Below the pieces are notes generated by a model. The model did not search any database. It was not told the origin of the DNA and saw only the letters and a list, made by a program, of their open reading frames with translations. The translations under genes were made by a program, and so were the position numbers. A DNA stretch of 64,000 nucleotides from an uncultured Gammaproteobacteria bacterium (GTDB lineage Bacteria > Pseudomonadota > Gammaproteobacteria > JASBUN01). Positions 1-11,195 of this stretch are shown here, piece by piece. How positions within the stretch are numbered: the stretch's first letter is position 1; each line of letters opens with the position of its first letter. The stretch covers positions 703,882 to 767,881 of the forward strand of contig CAVZBR010000001.1 of assembly GCA_963773585.1 (NCBI GenBank), given 5' to 3'.

Positions 1-2507
1 CGGAAGTCACCGCGGATGTCGATCAGCGTCTGTACGCCCAACAGCTCGAAATCCGCACGGCTCATGCGCTCCACCTGTAGGCAACTTTTGTAGAGTTTTA
101 CTGCGCCGATGCTGCCTGCATTGCCCTTCAGGGCGTGGCTGGCATCGCGAAAGTCCGCATAGTCTTCCCGCGACAGGGACTCCTGCATCTTTTCGAGCAA
201 CCCGTTACCGTCCCGGATAAATCCCTGGATGAGCTCGTGGAAGAAATCGCTGCCGCGGCCGAGGCTTTCAACCTCCTGGAGACTCGCGAGGTTGAGAACC
301 GGTGCGCCGTCGAAGACTTCGTTTGTTGCCGGCCGTTCCCGTTGCCGTACTGGGTCGCGATCAGTGCGAAGCTCGGATGGATCGCCGCCGCTGTGGCGCT
401 CGAGAATGCGCTCGATGATTTCCAGCAGTCTGGATGCTTCGATGGGTTTAGTGAGAAAGGTCTCGATGCCGGCTGATTCACACTCCAATTTTGCTTCCGT
501 GGTGGCATTGGCAGTCAGCATCACGAACGGCAGGCTGTTGTTGGGGTAAATGAAGCGGTACAGCTTGGCGGTTTGCACGCCGTCCATGACAGGCATATGC
601 ATATCCAGCATGACCAGGTTGTAGTCGCCGCATTCCAATGCATCCAACGCTTCTTCGCCATTGTGTACCAGATCCACTTCATGGCCGGCCCGTTCCAGAA
701 CGCGGGCAATGAATTTCTGGCTGGTCGGATTGTCTTCCGCTACCAGTATCCGCGATCTGGCCGCGGTGCGGGCCCGATCGATGCGTGGGCGCAGCGGCAC
801 GATGCGTTCACCCCCGTGCCGCTCGACGACAGGTGCCGAATGCAAGGCATTGAAAAGCAGTTTTTGGTCCACGGGGGAGGAAAGCAGGCAAGAATACCCT
901 GCCTCGAGCAGCGAGCCATGCTCCAAATCGTTGTCTTCCCTGGTAATGAGCACCAAAGCCGTGTCGGTACTACTGGTTACCTTGCGCAGCGCCCGGGCAA
1001 ACTGTCTGGCGTCGATGTCGATCAGCAATTTGTCGACGATGATCACGTGGTAGGCGTGGCCGCGCCGCAGTTCGGATTCAGCTCGCACGAACGCGCCGCT
1101 GGCGCTGTCGTTGGTTTCGAATTGCACGCCCCATTCCCGAAGACGCCCCGTCACGACACCGATGTTCGGGCTTCGTGCATCGGAGATCAGCAGGACCCGC
1201 GTGTGCTGTAACGAAGTGGCCGAAAGACCCTCGGCAGGGCTGGGTCCGAACGGCAGTTCGAACCACACCGTGGACCGATCGGCCTCTTGGTTCTCGACAC
1301 CGATCGTGCCGCCCATGAGTTTGACCAATTCGACTGCGACGACTGCCCGCAGCGCGGTGCCGTCGTAGGAGATTGTCGTCGCCTCCCGCTTGGTCCGGTC
1401 GGTCAGCCGGGCAAGGAGGCGGGCTGCCTCGCCGTTTCCATGTTGTTCGACCTCGAAACGAAGCATTGTGCCGCTGTCGTTTGCATACAAAGGTCGAACG
1501 CGCACATTCAGTTGTCCATAGCGGGCAAAGGCCAGCGCGTTGGTGATCAGGTTGGAGAGGACTTGGCGCAGCTGTGCGGGAGCCCCCGTGAGTTGATAGG
1601 GGGTCTGCGGATCGATCTGCAGACCGAGTCTCACGCTGCGCTTGTCCGCCTGGTCCCGTAACAGGCGGACGGCGCCATTGAGTACGTTATGCAAATCGAA
1701 TTCCGTGGTGCGGAGGCCGAACTTTCCCCCTGCGATGGCGGCGTAGTCGACGATGTTGTGCAGCACGGCTATGGCCGAATTTGCCGATTCGCAGATGGTG
1801 TCAGCGAACTCGCGTTGCCCTCGACTCAGGGATGACTCCCGCAGCAAATCGGATGCGCCCAACAATTGATTGAGCGGCGGGCGCAGTTCGAGCCCTGCTT
1901 CGAGCAGGAACCGGGCCTGTTCTCTGGTTGCGCGTCCGCTGCGCCTGATCACGCCGTGCAGCCGCTTGAGCATGATTGCGACATACACAGGCAGGGCGGC
2001 CAGCCCGACCCAGAAGCCGACGGCCAGGGCCATGTGGCCGAGCCAGAAAGGCGAATTCATGACTACCAGCGGGTAACCGATCAAGCTGAGGGAAGTACTG
2101 ACATATAGAAACGGTAGGCCGAAGCGAAAGCCGTTGCCGAATGCCGATACAAAGTAAAGCAGATACAGTGGCGCGCCCGCCTCGCCGCCGAGCTGCATAC
2201 CCCCGGTGATGGCGACCGTGTCGAACAGGATCGTAAACATGCGCCGATGGATTGACTGCTGCGGCAGGAACATTCCGAAGGCGAGTAGAACCAGCGCACC
2301 GAGTATGGCCGCTGCGGCGGTGAGGGTGAGCGCCACGGATCGGGCATGGTCGGGGACGGAAAAAAGCAGATAGGCGCTCGCGGCACTGACCAGCAGTACG
2401 CGCAAGATGTCCTGCTCCCGCGCGCCGCCGAGCGTCGGACCAGCTTCCTCGTCCCCGGCCGGTATCGATGCTCCGTCGCGCTGGTTTTCGTCCGTGGTGC
2501 CGCGCAT
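1..2507 (-). CDS. Hybrid sensor histidine-kinase-like protein, 3' end off the window. Multi-TM N-terminus, HisKA with His->Leu, degenerate HATPase_c, pseudo-receiver, canonical receiver, HPt.
   Basis: Minus frame is open from ATG 2507..2505 to the window edge, so it is absent from the ORF track. Manual translation gives hydrophobic helices, an H-box-like FLLEAGLELRPPLNQLLG, N-box NLITNALAF, REC ILVAEDNPTSQ..VMLDMHMPVMDG..LTKP and HPt SHALKGNAGSIGA. The start lies 2 nt after the stop of the upstream HD-GYP gene. Confidence 0.75.
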   Translation of the reverse strand, partial: MRGTTDENQRDGASIPAGDEEAGPTLGGAREQDILRVLLVSAASAYLLFSVPDHARSVALTLTAAAAILGALVLLAFGMFLPQQSIHRRMFTILFDTVAITGGMQLGGEAGAPLYLLYFVSAFGNGFRFGLPFLYVSTSLSLIGYPLVVMNSPFWLGHMALAVGFWVGLAALPVYVAIMLKRLHGVIRRSGRATREQARFLLEAGLELRPPLNQLLGASDLLRESSLSRGQREFADTICESANSAIAVLHNIVDYAAIAGGKFGLRTTEFDLHNVLNGAVRLLRDQADKRSVRLGLQIDPQTPYQLTGAPAQLRQVLSNLITNALAFARYGQLNVRVRPLYANDSGTMLRFEVEQHGNGEAARLLARLTDRTKREATTISYDGTALRAVVAVELVKLMGGTIGVENQEADRSTVWFELPFGPSPAEGLSATSLQHTRVLLISDARSPNIGVVTGRLREWGVQFETNDSASGAFVRAESELRRGHAYHVIIVDKLLIDIDARQFARALRKVTSSTDTALVLITREDNDLEHGSLLEAGYSCLLSSPVDQKLLFNALHSAPVVERHGGERIVPLRPRIDRARTAARSRILVAEDNPTSQKFIARVLERAGHEVDLVHNGEEALDALECGDYNLVMLDMHMPVMDGVQTAKLYRFIYPNNSLPFVMLTANATTEAKLECESAGIETFLTKPIEASRLLEIIERILERHSGGDPSELRTDRDPVRQRERPATNEVFDGAPVLNLASLQEVESLGRGSDFFHELIQGFIRDGNGLLEKMQESLSREDYADFRDASHALKGNAGSIGAVKLYKSCLQVERMSRADFELLGVQTLIDIRGDF

Positions 2508-2509
2508 GA

Positions 2510-3568
2510 TTATTGAGTTTGTTGAGCTGGCTCGTCCGATAGTTCTCGATAGATATCCATAACCCGGTTCAGACGCGCCAGAAATCGGTCCACGCACGCA
2601 GGATCGAAATGGCTTCCGCGTTGCTTGCGTAGATAGGCGACTGCATCTTGTACCGGCCAGGCGTGCTTGTACGGCCGCACTGAAGTCAATGCATCGAACA
2701 CGTCCGCTACGGCGACGATGCGCGCGCACAGCGGAATCTCCTCGGCCCGCAGCCCGTAAGGGTAGCCGCTGCCGTCGAATTTTTCATGGTGGCCGACAGC
2801 GATCGTGGCGCCCATCTGTAGATATTTGGACGGGCTTTCCTTGAGAATGTCGTAACCGATCAGCGTATGCCGTTTCATGATGGCGAATTGTTCCGGCGTA
2901 TGCTTGCCGGGCTTCAACAGTATTGCATCGGGGATGCCGATTTTTCCGATGTCGTGCATGGGCGCCGAAATGCCGATGGACTTACTTTCCTGCGCCGGTA
3001 GGCCCAGCTCCTCGGCGATCAATTGCGAATAGCGGGCCATGCGCAGCACGTGGTTGCCGGTTTCCTCGTCCCGGTATTCGCCGGCTTTCGCCAGGCGAAT
3101 CAAGGTCTCCCGTTCCCGGGTGCGGACCGCGTCAGTGGCCTCCGAGACCCGGCTTTCGAGCCAACGGTTGCGATCTTTGATAATGTGCTGTTGGCGGCGC
3201 ATGGTGAGCAGATTGCGGCACCTGGCGCGGCATTCCACTTGATCCACGGGTTTGGTCAGAAAGTCGGTTGCCCCAGCCTCGAGGGCCTGGTAACGGATTT
3301 CGCGATCCTCGATACAGGTAACCATGACCAGCGGTACGTCCAGGCAATGGGGAATCTGCCGGAACAGCCGGGTGAACGAAATCCCGTCAAGGTTGGGCAT
3401 TTTGTAATCCGTGAGTACGAGATCTGGCGTGTTTAGTTCGATCCAGGCCAGCGCCTCGACCGGATCCGAAAACGAACGGACCTCCGCGGATTGTTCAATG
3501 GTGCCGATCAGTTTGTCCAGCAGCTTTCGACTGATAGCTTGGTCGTCGATGATCACGATACGTGTCAT
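2510..3568 (-). CDS. Response regulator with HD-GYP domain (RpfG-family c-di-GMP phosphodiesterase)
   Basis: ORF 2510..3703. REC begins MTRIVIIDDQ at an internal ATG (3568), so the upstream 45 codons are probably not translated. HD (APMHDIGKIGIPD) and HHEKFDGSGYPYGL motifs present. Confidence 0.85.
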   Translation of the reverse strand: MTRIVIIDDQAISRKLLDKLIGTIEQSAEVRSFSDPVEALAWIELNTPDLVLTDYKMPNLDGISFTRLFRQIPHCLDVPLVMVTCIEDREIRYQALEAGATDFLTKPVDQVECRARCRNLLTMRRQQHIIKDRNRWLESRVSEATDAVRTRERETLIRLAKAGEYRDEETGNHVLRMARYSQLIAEELGLPAQESKSIGISAPMHDIGKIGIPDAILLKPGKHTPEQFAIMKRHTLIGYDILKESPSKYLQMGATIAVGHHEKFDGSGYPYGLRAEEIPLCARIVAVADVFDALTSVRPYKHAWPVQDAVAYLRKQRGSHFDPACVDRFLARLNRVMDIYRELSDEPAQQTQ

Positions 3569-3740
3569 GGCATTTCCGATCTGCTGGTGCCTGCCGACCG
3601 GCAAAGTCGGGTGAAAGGCACTGTAAGTATTGGATATTGCTGCAACAAAGTAAACTTCGGCGGGGCGGTCCACAGATCGCCGGCGCAGTCCGCCTAACGC
3701 CAATATCGACCCGTTCGCGTGAATTCTGAAGGTTTCAGAG

Positions 3741-6563
3741 TCAAAGTCGCCGAATACGGGCCAACTGTTCCTGCAACTGAGCCAGAGACGTACGCATTCC
3801 CAGCACCTTGCCGCGTTCCTTTTCGACCACGGCTTGCGGTGCCTTGGAAACGAATTCGGGGTTTTCCAGCTTGCGCTCGCCGCGCTCGATCTCCCGTTGC
3901 AAACGTTCGATATCTTTCCCCAGGCGCTGGCTTTCCGCCTCTTTGTCGATTAGACCTGCCATAGGAATCAACACCTTGAGTTCGCCCACCAGTGCTGTTG
4001 CGGACTCCGGCGCAGACTCGCCGGCCGCCAGTACCTTGATCGATTCGGTACGACCGACTGCCTCCAGGTAGTGACGGTTGGCTTGCAGACGTCGGCGGTC
4101 GGCGTCGTCGGCATTGTCCAACAGTACCGGCAGCGGTTTGCGCGGCTCGATGTTCATGCCGCTGCGGATTTTGCGGATGCCGAGAACGAACCCCATGACC
4201 CATCGCATCTCCGCTTCGGCGTCGGTATCCAGTTGCTGTTCACCTTCAGGCGGATAGGCAGCGCGCATGACCGTATCGCCGCTACGGCCGGCCAGCGGGG
4301 CGACCCGCTGCCAGATTTCCTCGGTGATGAACGGCACGATTGGATGTGCCAGGCGCAGCACGGTTTCCAATGCGCGCACGAGCGTGCGACGGGTGCCTCT
4401 TTGTGCTTGCGGTGTGCTGTGTGGATCCGTCAGTATGGGTTTGGACAGTTCGAGGTACCAATCGCAGTATTCTTCCCAAACGAAGGCATACAAGGCCTGG
4501 GCGGCCAGATCCAATCGATAGTGTGCGATCGACTCATGAACCTGGTTGACCGTGCGCTGCAGGCGTGACTCGATCCAGCGGTCGGCCACCGACAGCTCGA
4601 TTTCTCCTCCCTGCTGGCCGCAGTCGTGTTCTTCGGTATTCATGAGCACGTAGCGGGCGGCGTTCCAAAGCTTGTTGCAGAAGTTGCGGTAACCTTCGAT
4701 ACGGCCCAGATCGAAGTTGATGTCGCGGCCTGTCGTGGCCAGAGCCGCGAACGTGAAGCGCAAGGCGTCGGTGCCGAACGCAGGTATGCCGTCAGGAAAG
4801 TCGGTACGGGTCTGCTTCTCGATTTTCTTCGCCATCTGCGGCTGCATCAGACCGCTGGTGCGCTTGGCGATCAAAGCCTGGAGATCGATGCCGTCGATGA
4901 GGTCGATGGGGTCGAGTACGTTGCCCTTGGATTTGGACATTTTCTGGCCGTGGGCGTCTCGCACCAGGCCGTGGATGTACACCTCGCGGAACGGGACGTC
5001 ATCCATGAACTTCAAGCCCATCATGATCATGCGGGCCACCCAGAAGAAAATGATGTCAAAGCCCGTGACCAGAACGCTGGTCGGATAGAAGCGTTCCAGG
5101 GCAGGCGTGGTCTGGGGCCAGCCGAGGGTCGAAAAGGGCCACAGCGCGGACGAGAACCACGTGTCGAGCACGTCTTCGTCCTGAACCAGTGAAATCGAAT
5201 CAGCGAGTCCGTGCTTGGTGCGTACCTCTTGCTCGCTGCGACCGACATAAACGTCGCCTTTATCGTCGTACCAGGCCGGGATGCGATGGCCCCACCAGAT
5301 CTGACGCGATATACACCAGTCTTCGATATTGCGCATCCACTCGAAGTAGGTATTCTTCCAGTTATCGGGGACGAATCGGATCCGGCCGTCCTCGACCGCC
5401 TGCACGGCAGGTTGTGCCAACGGCGCCACCTTTACGTACCACTGGTCGGTGAGGAACGGTTCGATTACTGCGCCCGAGCGGTCGCCGCGCGGCACCATGA
5501 GCTTGTGGTCGCCGGTTTTTTCCAGTAGCCCGAGCAAGTCCAACTTCTGGACTATTTGTTTGCGGGCCTCGTAGCGATCCATTCCGCTGAATTCGGCGGG
5601 GACCAGGGCGCCGTTGTCGTCGTCGCTGGCGACGATACTCGCGCTCGCGGAAAAGATGTTGATCAGACCGCCGTTGGGAAGTGATGCAATCGCAGATTCG
5701 TCACGATGCCGCAGCCAGACCTGGTAATCGTTGAAGTCGTGCGCGGGGGTGATCTTGACGCAGCCGCTGCCGAACTCGGGATCGACATAGTCGTCGGCAA
5801 CCACGGGGATCCTGCGCTTGGTAAGGGGCAGTTCGATCAATTGCCCGACCAGGTGCCGGTAGCGTTCGTCATCGGGATGAACGGCGACTGCCGCGTCGCC
5901 GAGCATGGTTTCCGGGCGCGTGGTCGCGACCACCATATGCCCGCTGCCATTGGCGAGGGGATAGCGCATGTGCCACAGGAATCCCGGCTCTTCGTCAGAT
6001 ATGACTTCCAGGTCGGAGACTGCGGTGTGCAGCACCGGATCCCAGTTCACCAGCCGTTTGCCCCGGTAGATCAAGCCTTCCTCGTGCAGGCGCACGAATA
6101 CTTCTTTCACCGCTTCCGATAATCCCTCATCCATGGTGAAACGTTCGCGGGACCAGTCCAGGGAGGCGCCCAGGCGCCGCAGTTGCCGGGTGATGGTGCC
6201 ACCGGATTCGGATTTCCATTCCCACACCTGGTCGAGGAATGCTTCTCGCCCAAGGTCATGGCGCGTCTTGCCGGCGGCATTGAGTTGTCGCTCCACCACC
6301 ATCTGAGTCGCGATCCCGGCATGGTCCGAGCCTGCCTGCCAGAGCGTCTCGTCACCGCGCATGCGATGGTAGCGGGTCAGGGCGTCCATGATCGTATATT
6401 GGAACGCGTGGCCCATGTGCAGACTGCCGGTCACATTGGGTGGCGGAATCATAATGCAGTAAGCCGGCTTCGCCGGGTTTTCCTGCGGCGCGAAGTAGCC
6501 GCGGTCCTCCCAGATCTGATACCAGCGTTGCTCGATGGATTGCGGGTCGTAGGTTTTTTCCAT
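3741..6563 (-). CDS. valS: Valine--tRNA ligase
   Basis: 940-aa ORF with class I HIGH ([13 protein letters not shown]) and KMSKS motifs and a C-terminal coiled coil. Follows holC as in other gammaproteobacteria. Confidence 0.97.
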   Translation of the reverse strand: MEKTYDPQSIEQRWYQIWEDRGYFAPQENPAKPAYCIMIPPPNVTGSLHMGHAFQYTIMDALTRYHRMRGDETLWQAGSDHAGIATQMVVERQLNAAGKTRHDLGREAFLDQVWEWKSESGGTITRQLRRLGASLDWSRERFTMDEGLSEAVKEVFVRLHEEGLIYRGKRLVNWDPVLHTAVSDLEVISDEEPGFLWHMRYPLANGSGHMVVATTRPETMLGDAAVAVHPDDERYRHLVGQLIELPLTKRRIPVVADDYVDPEFGSGCVKITPAHDFNDYQVWLRHRDESAIASLPNGGLINIFSASASIVASDDDNGALVPAEFSGMDRYEARKQIVQKLDLLGLLEKTGDHKLMVPRGDRSGAVIEPFLTDQWYVKVAPLAQPAVQAVEDGRIRFVPDNWKNTYFEWMRNIEDWCISRQIWWGHRIPAWYDDKGDVYVGRSEQEVRTKHGLADSISLVQDEDVLDTWFSSALWPFSTLGWPQTTPALERFYPTSVLVTGFDIIFFWVARMIMMGLKFMDDVPFREVYIHGLVRDAHGQKMSKSKGNVLDPIDLIDGIDLQALIAKRTSGLMQPQMAKKIEKQTRTDFPDGIPAFGTDALRFTFAALATTGRDINFDLGRIEGYRNFCNKLWNAARYVLMNTEEHDCGQQGGEIELSVADRWIESRLQRTVNQVHESIAHYRLDLAAQALYAFVWEEYCDWYLELSKPILTDPHSTPQAQRGTRRTLVRALETVLRLAHPIVPFITEEIWQRVAPLAGRSGDTVMRAAYPPEGEQQLDTDAEAEMRWVMGFVLGIRKIRSGMNIEPRKPLPVLLDNADDADRRRLQANRHYLEAVGRTESIKVLAAGESAPESATALVGELKVLIPMAGLIDKEAESQRLGKDIERLQREIERGERKLENPEFVSKAPQAVVEKERGKVLGMRTSLAQLQEQLARIRRL

Positions 6564-6632
6564 GGTGTGGACGTCGATCTCAAACGATGTGGCAATGGAT
6601 GATTGCCGTGCGCGCTCTGGCGCTACGGCCCT

Positions 6633-6923
6633 TCAGCTCTGGTCCGTATCGGTGGAATCCGGAATCTGGCTGAGTTCGACGGCAAGTTCGCGTAATACCA
6701 GCGCCCGGGCTTTCTCGCGGTATGACGTCAAAGCCTGGGTGACTGCTTCATTAACGGCAATCGTCACAATTTTCTCGAATTCGCACTGCAGTTCCTGGTC
6801 GATATGTGCCGCCATGCGTTCCAGTGCCGCCGCCGCGAACGATTGGCCATCGTCGCCGACCATTACGTCCAGCGTTGGGATCGCGTGCGGCTCTTCTTCA
6901 ACGCTTCGGTAATCGTCGGTCAT
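6633..6923 (-). CDS. Small acidic hypothetical protein between holC and valS
   Basis: 96-aa ORF, same strand and tightly packed between holC and valS. A hypothetical gene sits at this position in Pseudomonas-type pepA-holC-valS loci. No motif recognised. Confidence 0.5.
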   Translation of the reverse strand: MTDDYRSVEEEPHAIPTLDVMVGDDGQSFAAAALERMAAHIDQELQCEFEKIVTIAVNEAVTQALTSYREKARALVLRELAVELSQIPDSTDTDQS

Positions 6924-6932
6924 GAGTTGCCG

Positions 6933-7358
6933 TCAAAGATTGTGTGTTTGCAGTTCATATCCGCGGTCCCGGTAGAAGCGGAAGCGTTCGCGGGCCATGG
7001 CACGCTGCTCGGGTGCGCCGGCGACCAGTTCCGCCACGCGCTCGAAACGGCTGAAAAACCCCGGCACTTCCGTCGCTAGATTCACCAGGACATCGGTATG
7101 GGACGCCGGCTCGGTGCCGTACCCGATCAGTACCGGCATCTGCTCCGGCGATTCGTCACCGTGACGGCCATGGGGGACGAAACTTCCGGGGCGAAAAGTC
7201 CACAGCAGACTGTCGAGTCGCTGCGCCTGCGCGTCCGACTCCGTATGTACGTACACCTGATGGCCGAGCTTGTAGATTTTTTCAGCCAGTCGGCACGCCA
7301 ACAGTTCGGCGGCGGTGGCATCGGATTCGGACAGTACGTAGAAATCGACCCGGGTCAT
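6933..7358 (-). CDS. holC: DNA polymerase III subunit chi
   Basis: 141 aa starting MTRVDFYVL, with size, N-terminal pattern and pepA-holC-valS context typical of chi. Confidence 0.85.
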   Translation of the reverse strand: MTRVDFYVLSESDATAAELLACRLAEKIYKLGHQVYVHTESDAQAQRLDSLLWTFRPGSFVPHGRHGDESPEQMPVLIGYGTEPASHTDVLVNLATEVPGFFSRFERVAELVAGAPEQRAMARERFRFYRDRGYELQTHNL

Positions 7359-7386
7359 GTCAGTGTGCGATCGCCGGCCAACCGGA

Positions 7387-8886
7387 TCAGGCGGCGTCTC
7401 GCAGCCGGTCGAGCAAAAACTGGATCAACAACGGTACCGGACGGCCGGTCGCGCCTTTATCCTTGCCCGACAACCAGGCGGTACCGGCGATGTCTAAATG
7501 CGCCCACCGCATTTTCTTGGTGTAACGGGACAGGAAGCAGGCAGCGGTGATCGTGCCGGCTTCGCGGCCGCCGATATTGGCCATGTCGGCGAAGTTACTG
7601 TCGAGCTGTGACTGGTACTCGTCCCACAGCGGCAGTTCCCAGGCTCGATCGCCGACTTCTTTGCCGGCGCTGAGCAGATCGTGGATCAATGGTTTGTTGT
7701 TGCCTAAGAGTCCGTGAGCATGGGCGCCCAAGGCGATTACGCAAGCGCCGGTCAAGGTCGCCATGTCGACGATTACCGCGGGTTCGAAGCGTTCGCTGTA
7801 GGTAAGTGCGTCACAAAGAATGAGGCGCCCCTCGGCGTCGGTATTCAGCACTTCGATGGTCTGCCCGGACATGCTGGTGACAATGTCCCCCGGCTTGTTG
7901 GCGGCCCCGTCGGGGAGATTTTCCGAACTCGGTACCACGCCGACGACATTGATCGGCAATTGCAGTTCGGCGCATGCGCGTATAGCGCCGAACACACCGG
8001 CTGCGCCGCACATATCGTATTTCATCTCATCCATGGCCTGCGCAGGCTTGATGGAAATACCGCCGGCATCGAACGTAAGGCCTTTGCCGACGTAGACCAC
8101 CGGTTTCTGGTCCTTGGACCCGCCACGGTATTCCATGGTGATCAACTTGGCCGGTTGCCGGCTGCCTCGGGACACCGACAGCAGCGCGCCCATGCCGAGC
8201 TTCTCCATGTCGCTTTCTTCCAATACATTCACTTTCACGCGACGGAATTCCTTGCCCAGCGCCTTGGCTTGATCGGCAAGATAGGTCGGTGTACAAATGT
8301 TGCCCGGCAGGTTGCCCAGATCGCGCGCCAATTTCATGCCATTGGCGATGGCTTGGCCCTGGCTCAACGCGTGCTCGCATTCGGCCAGATCCCGCCGGCT
8401 CGGGACGCTGAAGGTGATTTTCCGCAATGGGCGGCGTTGCGTGTCCTTCTTGCTCTTGAGTTGGTCGAACCGATACAGTGCGGATTGCGCTTCGATGACG
8501 GCTTGGCGGACTTTCCAGATACTATCGCGGCTTTTGATCGGTACGTCGGTGAGATAGCACACCGCTTCCATGGCGCCGCCATCGTTCAACAGGCGAACCG
8601 TGGTGGCAATGGAATTGCGGAATTGGCGATCATCAAACTCGCGTTCCTTTCCGCACCCCACCAGCAGCACACGATCGCAGAGCGTATTGGGTACGTTATA
8701 CAACATCAGTGTCTGGCCGGCCTTTCCTTCCATGTCGCCGCGTCGCACCAGCGAGGACAGCATCCCGTCGGCAGCACGGTCGAGTTCTTCGGCTGCGGCC
8801 GACAGTTTCCGCGGCTCGAACACGCCTACGACCACGCAGGCGCTGCGTTGTTTTTCGGGATTACCGCTTTTGACGTTGTATTCCAT
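7387..8886 (-). CDS. pepA: Leucyl aminopeptidase (M17)
   Basis: ORF 7387..8919. The likely start is the internal ATG giving [13 protein letters not shown]17 signature NTDAEGRL and [15 protein letters not shown] present. Confidence 0.95.
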   Translation of the reverse strand: MEYNVKSGNPEKQRSACVVVGVFEPRKLSAAAEELDRAADGMLSSLVRRGDMEGKAGQTLMLYNVPNTLCDRVLLVGCGKEREFDDRQFRNSIATTVRLLNDGGAMEAVCYLTDVPIKSRDSIWKVRQAVIEAQSALYRFDQLKSKKDTQRRPLRKITFSVPSRRDLAECEHALSQGQAIANGMKLARDLGNLPGNICTPTYLADQAKALGKEFRRVKVNVLEESDMEKLGMGALLSVSRGSRQPAKLITMEYRGGSKDQKPVVYVGKGLTFDAGGISIKPAQAMDEMKYDMCGAAGVFGAIRACAELQLPINVVGVVPSSENLPDGAANKPGDIVTSMSGQTIEVLNTDAEGRLILCDALTYSERFEPAVIVDMATLTGACVIALGAHAHGLLGNNKPLIHDLLSAGKEVGDRAWELPLWDEYQSQLDSNFADMANIGGREAGTITAACFLSRYTKKMRWAHLDIAGTAWLSGKDKGATGRPVPLLIQFLLDRLRDAA

Positions 8887-9032
8887 ACAATATGCTCCGG
8901 AGCGTTGCCTGATCGCCACCGTTGTTGACGGTGAACCGGGATTGCGGCGACCACTAAACTTGAAATTTGGCCAAGTTTACCCGAACACATGCTGATTTTC
9001 AGTCCAAAACGCAATTTTCACAGAGTCGCCGC

Positions 9033-10133
9033 GTGTTCACGCTGATCGATCGCTACGTCGCGCGCGAAGTGTTGCAAACTCTGTTTGGCGTGCTCGTGGT
9101 CCTGTTGTTGATCTTTCTGAGCAACCGGCTGGTGCGCTACTTGGCGGACGCCGCGGCGGGCCAATTGCCAGGCGATGTGATTTTCACGCTGGTGGCCCTC
9201 AAGGCGGCGAAATATCTCATTCTTTTAGTGCCACTGGGGTTGTATCTGTCGGTACTGTTGGTGCTCGGGCGCCTTTACCGGGACTCGGAAATGGCGGCCA
9301 TGTCGGCATGTGGCGTCGGCGAGCCGCGCTTGTACCGGGCAATCCTGATGTTGGCATTGCCGCTGGCGGCGGTGCAGGGATGGATGGCGCTGCAAGTGGT
9401 GCCGTGGACCGACGCCGAAGAAGTACGCCTGATCGACGCTGCCCAACGCGACATGGAAGTCAACGCCGTGCGTGCCGGGCGATTCCAGGAAGGCATGGGC
9501 GGTACGCGTATCCTGTATGCCCAGGAGGTGACGGATGAACCGCGTATGCACAACGTGTTTATTCACGTACAGCGGGCGGACGGACGCAGCGTCATGCTCA
9601 CCGCGGCCGAAGGTCACTTGGAGACGAAACCAGGTGGCCGCTACTTGGTCCTGACGGACGGCTATCGGTATGAGGGCAAGCCGGGAGATGCGGATTTTCG
9701 GATTGTGAAGTTTCAACATCACGGCGTTTTGTTGAGACGCAGCGAAGTGGTTGCCGAATCCGGCAAACTCGGTACGCGACCGACCTCCGAACTGTGGCGT
9801 TCAAAGGATCCGGCCGAGGCGGCCGAGCTGCAATGGCGGTTGTCGATGCCTTTGGGCGCGCTGGTGCTGGCCTTGCTGGCGCTGCCGATCGGTCGCGTAA
9901 GTCCGCGCAGCGGCCGCTTCGGCCGCTTGTTCGTCGCGATTCTGCTGTACGTCAGTTATGTCAACTTGCTGGCGTTTGCGCAGTCCTGGACCGAGCGCGG
10001 CGCCATTCCCGCTGCGTTGGGGCTCTGGTGGGTGCATGGTTTGTTTTTGCTGTTGACAGCCGTGCTGTTGGTTCGTCAACTCGGCGCGCGCTGGGTATTT
10101 GCCGGGCCGCGTAAGCGGGGAGACCCGGCGTGA
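9033..10133 (+). CDS. lptF: LPS export ABC permease LptF
   Basis: ORF opens at 8967 (TTG). A GTG at 9033 gives the typical VFTLIDRYVAREVL N-terminus. Divergent from pepA and overlaps lptG by 4 nt. Confidence 0.85.
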   Translation: MFTLIDRYVAREVLQTLFGVLVVLLLIFLSNRLVRYLADAAAGQLPGDVIFTLVALKAAKYLILLVPLGLYLSVLLVLGRLYRDSEMAAMSACGVGEPRLYRAILMLALPLAAVQGWMALQVVPWTDAEEVRLIDAAQRDMEVNAVRAGRFQEGMGGTRILYAQEVTDEPRMHNVFIHVQRADGRSVMLTAAEGHLETKPGGRYLVLTDGYRYEGKPGDADFRIVKFQHHGVLLRRSEVVAESGKLGTRPTSELWRSKDPAEAAELQWRLSMPLGALVLALLALPIGRVSPRSGRFGRLFVAILLYVSYVNLLAFAQSWTERGAIPAALGLWWVHGLFLLLTAVLLVRQLGARWVFAGPRKRGDPA

Positions 10134-11194
10134 TCACCATACTGGACCGCTACCTCGGCGGCACGGTGATCCGAGGCGCCTTGCTGGCGCTTCTGGTATT
10201 GGCCTCACTGTCGGCGTTCTTCACCTTGCTCGGCGAGCTCGGTGACCTGCACAAGGACTACGATCTCGCCAAGGCTTCTCTATATGTCCTGCTGACCCTG
10301 CCGCGACGGGTGTACGAAATGTTTCCGACCGCGGTTCTGCTGGGTGGACTGATGAGTCTCGGCGGTTTGGCTGCCAACAGCGAGCTTATGGTCATGCGGG
10401 CGGCCGGTGTTTCTGTCACACGCATTACCCTGGCGGTGCTTCAGGCGGGTCTCGTGCTGGCGCTCATTGCCGGGGTGCTTGGCGAAGTCGTCGCGCCCCC
10501 GGGGGAAAAATATGCCCAGTCGATGCGCAGCGCGGCGCAGACCGGCTATATCACTTTGCGCAGCGACAACGGTTTCTGGGCGCGCGACGGAAATAATTTT
10601 GTGCAGATTCGCCGGGTTCTGCCCGGCGCCGAGTTGCGAGATATCACCATCTATGAGCTCGATGATCAGTTGCGGTTGAAAAGTTTGATACATGCGCAGT
10701 CGGCTTCTTACGTCAACGGCGAATGGCAGTTGGAACGCGTGGAGCAAAGCCGGGTCGATCCTAAAGGCGTGACTACGCGGGCGCTGGACAGTGCCGGCTG
10801 GCGGTCATTGCTGAAGCCCGATCTCCTGGAAGTGCTGTCGGTCAAGCCCGAAGATCTTGCTGCGGCTGCGCTGGCGCGCTACGTCCGTTACCTGGACGAG
10901 AACAACTTGAGCAGCGATCGTTACCGGTTGGCGTTTTGGGTCAAGATCGTGACGCCGTTTTCGACGTTGGTGATGTTGTTGATCGCGATTCCGTTCGTAT
11001 TCGGGTCGCTACGTTCTGCGCACGCCGGCACCCGGATTCTGGTGGGCGTGCTGCTTGGGATGGGATTTTATCTGCTCAACCAGGCGCTCAATCATGTCGG
11101 ATTGGTCTACGGACTGCCACCGTTGCTTAGCGCGCTTGTGCCGACGTTGATTTTCGCAGCGGGCGGTTTATATGCGGTGTCGCGTATTCATTGA
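10130..11194 (+). CDS. lptG: LPS export ABC permease LptG
   Basis: 354 aa starting ITILDRYLGG, YjgP/YjgQ-type permease directly coupled to lptF. Confidence 0.9.
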   Translation: MITILDRYLGGTVIRGALLALLVLASLSAFFTLLGELGDLHKDYDLAKASLYVLLTLPRRVYEMFPTAVLLGGLMSLGGLAANSELMVMRAAGVSVTRITLAVLQAGLVLALIAGVLGEVVAPPGEKYAQSMRSAAQTGYITLRSDNGFWARDGNNFVQIRRVLPGAELRDITIYELDDQLRLKSLIHAQSASYVNGEWQLERVEQSRVDPKGVTTRALDSAGWRSLLKPDLLEVLSVKPEDLAAAALARYVRYLDENNLSSDRYRLAFWVKIVTPFSTLVMLLIAIPFVFGSLRSAHAGTRILVGVLLGMGFYLLNQALNHVGLVYGLPPLLSALVPTLIFAAGGLYAVSRIH

Positions 11195-11195
11195 A

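Noticed and set aside
128-1661. Plus-strand ORFs at the left edge (135..476, 573..1211, 1287..1661 and others)
   Set aside because: They are antisense to, or out of frame with, the edge-truncated hybrid sensor gene. That gene's REC, HPt and HATPase motifs are clearly readable on the minus strand.
7714-8928. Other long antisense ORFs: 7714..8928, 16528..17850, 30779..31873, 31978..33315, 40650..41657, 44443..45489, 47195..48013, 48794..49951, 52367..53422, 54454..55482
   Set aside because: Each lies opposite a gene with clear family motifs (pepA, ABC permease, PilT, kinase, tamB, DUF748, zntB, slt, thioredoxin-like, relA). All have Arg/Gly/His-rich non-protein-like composition. Treated as GC-driven shadow ORFs.
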